Source: a virus
Length of the DNA: 19,087 nt
Reading direction: 5' to 3' (one strand)
IMG/VR virus record: IMGVR_UViG_3300043386_000006
Location: 1 to 19,087 of that record
Numbering within the stretch: the stretch's first letter is position 1; the number at the start of each line of letters is the position of its first letter. The position numbers were made by a program, and so were the translations under genes. The notes under the pieces were generated by a model that was not told the origin of the DNA, ran no database searches, and was given only the letters and a program-made list of their open reading frames with translations. Shown one piece after another: positions 12,707 to 19,087 of the stretch.

Positions 12707-12946
12707 TCAGCTGTCCCCGGTCCGCTTCGGGGTCCGCTTGCGGCCGGCGGCCGCGACCGGCTGGTCGTCGGCCGGCTCGGGCGCCTCGCCCTGGTCCTCG
12801 AGCTCCGCCGGCTCGGCCGGGTCGTCGCCGGCGGCCGCGACCGGCTGGTCGTCGGCGCCCTGCAGCACGGCGAGCTGTGCGCGAAGCTCGGCGTTCTCCT
12901 GCTCGAGCTCGGCCACCCGTGCCCGGGTCTGCGCGATCTTCGCCAT
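12707..12946 (-). CDS. Small coiled-coil / acidic Pro-rich protein with an internal repeat (79 aa); possible scaffold- or decoration-like head protein
   Basis: MAKIAQTRARVAELEQENAELRAQLAVLQG, then ADDQPVAAAG twice. An exact 30-bp DNA repeat occurs at 12743..12772 and 12827..12856. It lies directly after the capsid gene. Confidence 0.65.
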   Translation of the reverse strand: MAKIAQTRARVAELEQENAELRAQLAVLQGADDQPVAAAGDDPAEPAELEDQGEAPEPADDQPVAAAGRKRTPKRTGDS

Positions 12947-12949
12947 GAG

Positions 12950-14764
12950 TTACGCCGCCGTGTTCTGGTCGAAAATGACCTGACGGACGCCGGCGATGTC
13001 CAGGTTGGCCAGTGCGATATCGCCGTAGATGCCCACGGTGACGTGGCTGAGCTGCGGAATGTTCGAGCTCTGCACGGTCGCGCCGAAGTTCCAGTCGAGA
13101 CGCTCCGGAGCGCTCGCCCACCCGCGGACCTTGGCCGGGTCGAACATCCAGCTGTTGACCGACGTGTTCCCGCCGGCCGAACCGAGGGCCCACGCCGGCA
13201 CGGCGAGCACGCCGGCGACGTTGAGCGTGGCGAACAGCTCGGCCGCCGTGCCGTTGGCGTTGGTCGGGTTCAGCCGCGGGTACAGCGGCCGGCCGGCGTC
13301 GTCGGTGACCCGGGTCAGCAGCCGGTACAGCGCCTGGTGCACGGCGAACGCCCGGAAGCGGTTGCCGCCGCGGGTGAACTGCAGATCGGCAATCGCTGCC
13401 TCGAGCGACGCGGCGGACGCCTGGTCGTTGTCGTTGGTCGGCACGGCCGGCGACCCGGTCACCGTGATGTCGGTGGCCGCGGTCAGCGTGTTCAGGAACG
13501 TTGCGACTGCGGCTTCCCGGTCTTCGAAGTACTCGCGCAACATCTGATCCCACAGGATCCCGGAGAACTGCGGGCTGCCGCCGGCGCGCCAAGACTGGCG
13601 CTCGATCTCGACCTTGCCCCACACCTGCGTAGGGGTGACCGTCTGCGACGTGACTTGCATGTTTCCGGGCGCCGGCTCGGTGCCCGGGGTGGCCGGTCCG
13701 ACCAGGCCGGAAGACGAGTCGTACTTCGGAAGGTCGAACTTCCGGCCGTCCGTCGACCCGGAGTTGATCATGTTCCACAGCGGGGTGGCGTAGTCCATCT
13801 GCGGTTGCCACAGGTCCGGCCGGTACTGGTTCGGGGTCAACGCCAGGACGTCGGCGGCGTCGACTGCGAACGCGGCCCGGATCAGCGCGTTGACCCGGTC
13901 CTGTGCGGCCTGCTTCTCCGGCCCGGACGACGCCGGGTTGATCGCGGCGAACACGTCGGTGGAGAAGTCGTGCTCGGCCGCGGCGGAGAAAACGTGCTTG
14001 CCGTCGACGCGAGCGAACCGGTACGGCAGCGCCTCGACAACCTGGGTGGTCGCGACCGGGCGGTTGCCGTTGACGATCGGCCGGGCGGCCGGCGCCGGGG
14101 TCGTGGTCGGCAGGATGCCCACGCCGCCGGCGATCAGCGCCTGGACCTGCTCCGCGCTGAACATGACCGGTACGGGCGCGGCCGGCTCGGCGGCCGGCTG
14201 CGTGATGGTGGCGGTCACGGCCGGCGTGGTGGCGGCCGCCGCGGTGTCCTCGGTTGTTTCCTCGGTGCCCGGCATGCCGGCCCCTTCCTCGTGGTAGCTG
14301 ACATTGATGATCCGACTGTCGTCGAAAGCGGGGTCGCGTACGTGCCCGGCGCCGGTGAGGTTGGCCAGCGTGACCAGCCGCACCCCGGGCTCGGCCGGGT
14401 CGCGGCCGAAGTCTGCAGTGTCCATCTCGAGCTCGGCGCTCAGGCCCGTCTTTTCGCCGGTCGCGGCGAGCGCGAGCGCGCGGTCACCCGCCGGACCCGG
14501 GTCGATCTTGAACGTGACGATCAGCCCGAGCTCGGTGTCCTGGACGTCTATGGCCCGGCCCAGCCGTTGCGCCTGGTCGTGCTCGTCGTTGAGCCGCAGG
14601 TACTTCGCGTGCCCGTAGACGATGCTGCCGCGGCTGAACCGCCAGCGGCGGCCGCTCTTGTGCCGGCCGATCGACCCCCACGGGATCAGCACGCCGGTGA
14701 TCGTGCGGCGCTGGATGTCGGCTGAGAACTGCTCGGGTATCAGGTCGAATGCAACGGCTTCCAT
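12950..14764 (-). CDS. Fused prohead (HK97-type S78-like) protease and major capsid protein (604 aa)
   Basis: The N-terminal roughly 170 aa, ...TITGVLIPWGSIGRHKSGRRWRFSRGSIVYGHAKYLRLNDEHDQAQRLGRAIDVQDTELGLIVTFKIDPGPAGDRALALAATGEKTGLSAELEMD, follow the prohead protease pattern (L..eHd...lG....d..GL.v.f.....g...l.l...G...glS.e). An Ala/Pro/Thr linker follows, then a roughly 400-aa capsid-size C-terminal region. The start shares 1 nt with the portal stop. Confidence 0.8.
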   Translation of the reverse strand: MEAVAFDLIPEQFSADIQRRTITGVLIPWGSIGRHKSGRRWRFSRGSIVYGHAKYLRLNDEHDQAQRLGRAIDVQDTELGLIVTFKIDPGPAGDRALALAATGEKTGLSAELEMDTADFGRDPAEPGVRLVTLANLTGAGHVRDPAFDDSRIINVSYHEEGAGMPGTEETTEDTAAAATTPAVTATITQPAAEPAAPVPVMFSAEQVQALIAGGVGILPTTTPAPAARPIVNGNRPVATTQVVEALPYRFARVDGKHVFSAAAEHDFSTDVFAAINPASSGPEKQAAQDRVNALIRAAFAVDAADVLALTPNQYRPDLWQPQMDYATPLWNMINSGSTDGRKFDLPKYDSSSGLVGPATPGTEPAPGNMQVTSQTVTPTQVWGKVEIERQSWRAGGSPQFSGILWDQMLREYFEDREAAVATFLNTLTAATDITVTGSPAVPTNDNDQASAASLEAAIADLQFTRGGNRFRAFAVHQALYRLLTRVTDDAGRPLYPRLNPTNANGTAAELFATLNVAGVLAVPAWALGSAGGNTSVNSWMFDPAKVRGWASAPERLDWNFGATVQSSNIPQLSHVTVGIYGDIALANLDIAGVRQVIFDQNTAA

Positions 14765-15984
14765 CAGGAGGACCCGATCTGTTCGGTGGTGCTGCCGAGC
14801 ATCGACGGCACCCGCAGCGGCTGCAGCGGCGCCGCCGCCACGGTGCGCGGCGGCCGGCCCTCTTCGTGCCGGATTTCGGCCGGGTCGGTGACACCGATCG
14901 TGGCGTAGATCTGTGCGACCTGGGCGCGGGTGAGCGGGTCCGCCTTGAGGAAGTCGTCCAGGTCGAACCGGGCGGCCACGTCGTACGGGGTGACATCGTC
15001 CATCGACAGGCGGCCGGTCACCGCTTGCATGTACGGCGCGAGAGTGTCGTTGACCCGGTCCTTACGGCGGTCGACCGCGTTCGCGTACGTCCGGCTGGTG
15101 ACGTTGATCCCGAAGTCTTCCGGGTCGAGGCCCATCGCATTGATGATCTCGAGTGAGGCCCGCTGTTGCTGCGGGATCAGCATCATCTCGGCCGGCGAGG
15201 TGACCTGAATCTGTTTGTAGTCCAGGCCATCCACGTACCCGTAGGGACTCTCGGCGCGGCCGGTCGACCAGTCGTCCAGGAACTTTTGGACCTTGGTCTC
15301 ATCCGGCGGCGGATCCCCGGGCCGCGAGGTGAAGAATCCGCGCATCTCCGGATTCTCGGTGTACATCGCCGCAAGATCATCGAGCGCGAGCGCCCGGGAG
15401 ATCGCCGGCTGACCGACGACCAGCAGCGCCGGATTCGGGGAGTCGAACCGGATGTAGTCGCCGGCGTCGACGCGCTCGCCGGCCATCCACACGGCGCCGT
15501 GCGTCGCGATGTCCGAGGGTAGGAAGCCTTCGCGGTAGTCGCTGGGCGGGGTGAGAGACACGGACACCGGGTCGTAGCGGGTCGCCGCGGACGGGTAGCC
15601 GTCCGGCCCGAACTCCGTCACCCGCCACCAAGCCACCGCGTCGAAGAGCAGGTCCTCGATCGTCATCGCCAGCACGACACTGTTCGCGACGTTCGTATCG
15701 ATCTGGCGCAACAGGGCGTTGTCGACCGGCCGGTTGTCGCCCATGGTGGCCAGCAGCGGCAGCGTGGCGATGTCCCCGCAGATGAGGTTGCGGCCGCGGA
15801 GCACGGTCGGGACGGTCAACGCGACGGCCCTGTTGATGCTGCCGCGCCGGCGCATGAGCGCCTCGAGCAACAGCTGATTGGTGGGGAGCAGATCGGTCGC
15901 GGTGAAGCTCACCATGCGCGCCGGCGCCGGCCGGCGCGGAGACGCCCCGAACGCTGCGCGTATGTGATCCCACCGGCGGCCCAT
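14764..15984 (-). CDS. Portal protein (406 aa)
   Basis: Track ORF 14764..16326 is trimmed to ATG 15984, the first start codon after the terL stop at 16032 (MGRRWDHIRAAFG...). The 114 upstream track codons are Arg/Gly/Pro-rich and overlap terL. Size and the terL-portal-protease order are canonical. Confidence 0.8.
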   Translation of the reverse strand: MGRRWDHIRAAFGASPRRPAPARMVSFTATDLLPTNQLLLEALMRRRGSINRAVALTVPTVLRGRNLICGDIATLPLLATMGDNRPVDNALLRQIDTNVANSVVLAMTIEDLLFDAVAWWRVTEFGPDGYPSAATRYDPVSVSLTPPSDYREGFLPSDIATHGAVWMAGERVDAGDYIRFDSPNPALLVVGQPAISRALALDDLAAMYTENPEMRGFFTSRPGDPPPDETKVQKFLDDWSTGRAESPYGYVDGLDYKQIQVTSPAEMMLIPQQQRASLEIINAMGLDPEDFGINVTSRTYANAVDRRKDRVNDTLAPYMQAVTGRLSMDDVTPYDVAARFDLDDFLKADPLTRAQVAQIYATIGVTDPAEIRHEEGRPPRTVAAAPLQPLRVPSMLGSTTEQIGSS

Positions 15985-16031
15985 GATCGGGATGATAGGC
16001 GCCGATGCACAGGACCAGCAATGTCGGTTGA

Positions 16032-17612
16032 CTAGGTGGAACGCGGCCGCGGCCGCAGATAGGTCACCGACGTGTCCGCGGGCAGCGTCCGGGCGAGGTG
16101 CGCCGCGCCGGCCGCGGCGTACAGCGCGTCGCAGTCGCCGGCGCCGCGCCGGGAGAACACCCACGCGTCGCCGCGGGGGAGTTTCTCGGCGGTGTCTACC
16201 TGTCCATCGATCAGCGGTTCGGGCCCGCGCTGTACCTGGATCCCGTCGACCAGGGCGGCGAACCCCAGACACACCGCGGTCAGCTCGCCGCGGATCTCCT
16301 CCACCGCCACGCCGCGCGGCGGCCACACCCCGGGGCGGTTGGTGGACAGAGCGGACATGACCGCGGCCGCCGGCCCGGCCGGAAGCACGCCGAACGCCCG
16401 CGGTTTGAGCCGGCCGATCAGCCCCGGGAGCTCACGGCCGGCGCGGTCTGCGCACCCCGGTCCGACCCATTCGCGGACGGCGCCGATGCGGACCTTGCCG
16501 TCCGCCTGCTCCGCGGCGGCGTACAGCGTGGCGTGTTGCATGCTCGGCGCCACGTCGAAGCACATCGCCACTCGTCCGCGCAGGTCAGCGAACTGAACGG
16601 CTTGCATGGTGATCGTGAGGCACTCTTTCCACGCGGCGCCGTTGATCGCGGGGTCCATATGGCTCGCGGTGATGCACATCGCTTCGGTCTTGAACCCGGA
16701 CAGCGCGTCGCCGCCGGCGGCCACCGCGGTCCGCGCCTCGTTGACCAGGTCCTCAAACGGGTACCGGTGGCCGGCGTTCGGGTTGGCGTAGGCGAGCTGC
16801 CGACGATCGAGAGGATCGGCGTGTTCCTCGGCGGACCACTCGAGCAAACACATGCGGTCGTCGCCGTCCCGGGCCGCAATGTGCTGGACCGCGGCCGCCC
16901 GGAAGTCATTGAAGACGATCGATCGGGCGTCCAGGGGGGTCGTCAGTCCCCAGTACTGGGCGTCCGCGACGGCGCGCATGGCGTAGTACGCCGCGTTGTA
17001 CGCCCCGTAGCTGAACTGCCTGGACAGTTCATCGGCGATGACACGATTCAATGTCAGCGACCGGCCACCCTCCTCGTTGGACGGCGTGATCACGTACCGG
17101 CCGCCGGTGGTGGTGGTCCACTGCTCCTCACCGGCCTTGCGGCGCATCCCGCGGAGCTTCCCGGGCGGTAGCTCCGGCTCGAGCTCGGCGCACTCGAGCG
17201 CCATTTTGTGCGCCTTTGCCCAGGGTTCCGCGGCGTATTTCGTCTGCGTGCTGGTGCCGAGGATCGTCTCTTGCCCCTCGACGAATAGCCAGTACAGGAC
17301 CAGCACGATTAGCAACCACGTCTTGCCGTTCTGCCGCGCGACCACGATCAACACCCGCCGGAACCGCGGCCGGCCGTCCGGCAGTAGCTCGCCGGCGTGG
17401 ATCGCGGCGAGACGCTGCCACGGATCCAGCGGCGCGCCCAGGGTGTCCCGGGCGAAGTCGACCACCTCAAACCCGTACGACGTGTCACGGGTCAGCGCGC
17501 ACCCGCACCCGCACGGCCCGGGCGGTCCGGTGACGTTGGGCGGGGTCATGAGCCGCGGCATCGTCTCGCCGACCAGGACCTCAGGTTCCGGCGGCTCGAT
17601 CGCGAGGCTCAC
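16032..17612 (-). CDS. terL: Terminase large subunit (526 aa)
   Basis: Walker A-like VVARQNGKT and Walker B-like LNRVIADE lie in the N-terminal half, followed by a nuclease-size C-terminal half. The GTG start overlaps the terS stop (GTGA). Confidence 0.9.
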   Translation of the reverse strand: MSLAIEPPEPEVLVGETMPRLMTPPNVTGPPGPCGCGCALTRDTSYGFEVVDFARDTLGAPLDPWQRLAAIHAGELLPDGRPRFRRVLIVVARQNGKTWLLIVLVLYWLFVEGQETILGTSTQTKYAAEPWAKAHKMALECAELEPELPPGKLRGMRRKAGEEQWTTTTGGRYVITPSNEEGGRSLTLNRVIADELSRQFSYGAYNAAYYAMRAVADAQYWGLTTPLDARSIVFNDFRAAAVQHIAARDGDDRMCLLEWSAEEHADPLDRRQLAYANPNAGHRYPFEDLVNEARTAVAAGGDALSGFKTEAMCITASHMDPAINGAAWKECLTITMQAVQFADLRGRVAMCFDVAPSMQHATLYAAAEQADGKVRIGAVREWVGPGCADRAGRELPGLIGRLKPRAFGVLPAGPAAAVMSALSTNRPGVWPPRGVAVEEIRGELTAVCLGFAALVDGIQVQRGPEPLIDGQVDTAEKLPRGDAWVFSRRGAGDCDALYAAAGAAHLARTLPADTSVTYLRPRPRST

Positions 17613-17977
17613 CCCTGCTCAGCACGCTTGCGGCGCTGCTCCGCGACGCGGTCACGCTGCAGCTCGAGCGCCGTTTTCGGTTTGTCGGCCGGCGCCTGAA
17701 CGCCCTTACCCGACATTTGCGCCCGGGCATGGGGGGTCAACCCCAGGGCGGTCAGTGCCTGCCGGTACTCGGCGGCGAGCTTGACCACGGTCGCCGCCTC
17801 GAGCTCGGCCCGCTTGCCGGCGCCGTCGTCATCCTCGCCAGGCTCCCGGTCGGTCTGGCGTGCCCGGTCGATCAACTGTGCTAATCGGCGTGCTAGCGCC
17901 TGGATCGCCGTGTCTTCCGGGAGTCCCGGACGGGCCTTGACCGCGGCCGCGAACGCCCGTTCCTGGACGCCGGCCAT
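17609..17977 (-). CDS. terS: Terminase small subunit (122 aa)
   Basis: Small helical, charged protein immediately upstream of terL. ...KLAAEYRQALTALGLTPHARAQMSGKG... with a basic C-tail resembles P27-type small terminases. Confidence 0.7.
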   Translation of the reverse strand: MAGVQERAFAAAVKARPGLPEDTAIQALARRLAQLIDRARQTDREPGEDDDGAGKRAELEAATVVKLAAEYRQALTALGLTPHARAQMSGKGVQAPADKPKTALELQRDRVAEQRRKRAEQG

Positions 17978-18078
17978 CGTCAGAGTCCCGACTCACGGGG
18001 GGGAAAAAAAGGCCACTCGGGCGTGGGTGTTCGGGGGCAGGCCATACGGAAAAATCGGACACACACGATCATCGTGCA
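17978..18078. other. HNH-terS intergenic region; candidate packaging (cos) site region
   Basis: A 101-bp gap in an otherwise overlapping gene train. It contains G7A7 (17997..18010) and the 13-bp palindrome cacgatcatcgtg (18064..18076). In HNH-dependent cos phages the cos site normally lies just upstream of terS. Confidence 0.35.
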
Positions 18079-18366
18079 TCACCACCTTGTCACTACCGAT
18101 GCGCGCGCATTGCGTGCTCGCGCATCCTCTGCCCTACCTGGGTCCCCCACCTGTAGGTTGCACGGCTGACACGCGCTGACCAGGTGCGATGGATCATCCA
18201 CCCCACACCCACGGCACCGACCCTTGCCGTGCACGTGGTGCACCTGGGTAGCTGTGCCCGTGCACACCCCACGTGCCAGCTTGCAGCGGTAGCCATCGCG
18301 CTGCAGCACGGCAGCGCGCACCGTACGCCACCGCCTCGAGCTGCCACGCGCCCACGCCTTACTCAT
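18079..18366 (-). CDS. HNH endonuclease (95 aa)
   Basis: RRWRTVRAAVLQRDGYRCKL...TQVHHVHGKGRCRGCGVDDPSHLVSACQPCNLQVG has the Cys pairs plus the His...Asn pattern of phage HNH nucleases. Its position just before terS is typical. Confidence 0.85.
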   Translation of the reverse strand: MSKAWARGSSRRWRTVRAAVLQRDGYRCKLARGVCTGTATQVHHVHGKGRCRGCGVDDPSHLVSACQPCNLQVGDPGRAEDARARNARASVVTRW

Positions 18367-18565
18367 CGCGGCGTACCAGGTCCTCGAGGTTGACCGTCCG
18401 GGCGGTCATGATCCAGCCGGTCGGGCTCGCGTCGCTGCGCTCGATGCGGACTTGCACCGGGTCGGACCAGTCCTCGAGCGCGGCCGCCAGTTCGTCGCCC
18501 ACTAGTAGCTGTACTACCTGATAACCCTGCTCCATAGGTTGGGTCATCCCCTCATGATCAGGCAC
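18359..18565 (-). CDS. Hypothetical small acidic protein (68 aa from GTG 18565; ATG 18547 or 18535 possible)
   Basis: ...MEQGYQVVQLLVGDELAAALEDWSDPVQVRIERSDASPTGWIMTARTVNLEDLVRRDE. It overlaps the HNH start by 8 nt. Confidence 0.55.
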   Translation of the reverse strand: MPDHEGMTQPMEQGYQVVQLLVGDELAAALEDWSDPVQVRIERSDASPTGWIMTARTVNLEDLVRRDE

Positions 18566-18572
18566 AACGCGG

Positions 18573-18610
18573 CGGCCCGGCCACTCTGGCGTACCAGGGT
18601 GGCCGGGCCG
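18573..18610. terminator. Strong intergenic stem-loop after the junction-spanning ORF
   Basis: cggcccggccac (18573..18584) pairs perfectly with gtggccgggccg (18599..18610). The inner extension is ctgg/ccag around the tetraloop cgta, with one T-G apposition. There is no U-tract. Confidence 0.5.
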
Positions 18611-18643
18611 TACGATGCGCGCGGGATATGGCCGGGGGGCTGG

Positions 18644-19087
18644 TCAGAACGGTCCGGGTACGCCTTTGTCGGGGTGACGGGTACCCGGGCCGTTCGCCTG
18701 AAGGGCCGGGTCGTCGTGCTCCACCAGCCGGATCGTTACCAGGCGCCGGCCGTCGCGGGTGATGCCGCGGCGAGCGTCGATCACCGTGAGCACTTCCAGC
18801 CCGAGCAAGACCGCCGCAGTGTCCGCGGCCTGCCGCACGGTGGCCGGCTTGTTGCAGGGACAGTCTTCGGTGCACTCCGCGTCCGGCACCCACCCGTCGC
18901 AGTCCGCGGAGTGCTTCGGCTTGCCGTCGTCGTCGATCAGGGTGTGATTCGCCACCATGGCCCAGTACTCGAGCGCCGGCACGAGGCGCTCGCCGGCGCT
19001 GTCCAGGGCGTCGAACGGGGTGAGCTGCCACCGGGCTTGGTAGTCGGTGATGATCCCGTCGACGTCGTAGTCGGACTCGAGTCCGCT
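18644..19087 (-). CDS. C-terminal part of the junction-spanning Cys-rich ORF (frame open to the right edge; the last 115 nt duplicate 1..115)
   Basis: The track lists 18644..18982 from an internal GTG, but the frame is open upstream to the window end (SGLESDYDVDGIITDYQARWQLTPFDALDSAGERLVPALEYWAMV...). 444 nt = 148 codons including the stop. It contains CDGWVPDAECTEDCPCNKP. Confidence 0.75.
   Translation of the reverse strand, partial: SGLESDYDVDGIITDYQARWQLTPFDALDSAGERLVPALEYWAMVANHTLIDDDGKPKHSADCDGWVPDAECTEDCPCNKPATVRQAADTAAVLLGLEVLTVIDARRGITRDGRRLVTIRLVEHDDPALQANGPGTRHPDKGVPGPF
18973..19087. repeat. Right copy of the exact 115-bp terminal direct repeat
   Basis: Identical to 1..115 by direct reading. 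Confidence 0.95.

Noticed and set aside
12743-12856. A possible CRISPR-like or tandem array, suggested by the exact 30-bp repeat.
   Set aside because: There are only two copies. They are in frame within a good coding sequence and encode the same decapeptide. There is no leader and there are no cas genes.
13043-14725. A 560-aa plus-strand ORF. Similar long track ORFs are 12603..13811 (-), 16098..17171 (+), 5855..6661 (+), 12148..12948 (+), 14484..14996 (-) and 15377..16021 (-).
   Set aside because: Their translations are dominated by Arg, Gly, Pro and Ala (for example RRGGGRRGVLGCFLGARHAG). They lie antisense to, or out of frame with, genes that have clear motifs (capsid, portal, terminase). 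Long open off-frames are expected in high-G+C DNA.
15985-16326. N-terminal extensions of track ORFs: portal to 16326, 7498 for the Tal-like gene, 8700, 12678, 12187, 2668, 864, 1025 and 1258.
   Set aside because: The extended parts overlap the preceding gene or an intergenic hairpin and are Arg/Pro/Gly-rich. Internal starts that overlap the upstream stop codon (ATGA, GTGA, TGATG) or follow an SD give tidy non-overlapping genes.
17990-18045. A rho-independent terminator for the HNH gene, suggested by the T7 run on the minus strand.
   Set aside because: Only 4-bp stems (GGCC/GGCC, CCAC/GTGG) precede the T-run, and the run is followed directly by C7. This is not a convincing intrinsic terminator structure.

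Overview
High-G+C window that closes on itself. Nt 1..115 are identical to nt 18973..19087, so the unique unit is 18,972 bp. It is best read as a complete, circularly assembled (or terminally redundant/permuted) genome of a small tailed actinobacteriophage-like element with siphovirus-type gene order. Almost everything is on the minus strand as one long train of overlapping genes. In transcription order these are: HTH regulator (2509->2210), a 784-bp ORF-poor structured gap, four small genes (1425->565), and a 298-aa Cys-rich ORF that crosses the window junction (568->1 joined to 18972->18644, absent from the supplied ORF track). They are followed by a small ORF, HNH endonuclease, small and large terminase, portal, a fused prohead-protease::major-capsid gene and a 79-aa coiled-coil protein. 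The train ends with head-tail adaptor, connector/terminator-like protein, major tail protein, tail chaperone, an extra ORF, tape measure, four tail-tip/minor-tail genes, a small ORF, holin and endolysin (ends 3614). A short plus-strand operon of four small genes (2556..3446) diverges from the HTH gene across a 46-bp control region and converges on the lysis genes at a 20-bp-stem bidirectional terminator. I recognised no integrase, recombinase, polymerase, primase/helicase, tRNA or CRISPR array. The most interesting non-genic signals are four. (i) The 784-bp structured, repeat-bearing non-coding region at 1426..2209. (ii) A roughly 58-bp hairpin element present twice in opposite orientation (885..942 and 12642..12699, 36-nt identical core) whose 20-nt loops are mutually complementary on the same transcript. 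(iii) A dyad-repeat cluster at 12601..12640. (iv) A tail chaperone whose downstream partner ORF lies in the +1 (or -2) frame rather than the canonical -1 frame. All functional calls come from reading motifs, gene order and codon third positions by eye. No database search or folding computation was possible.
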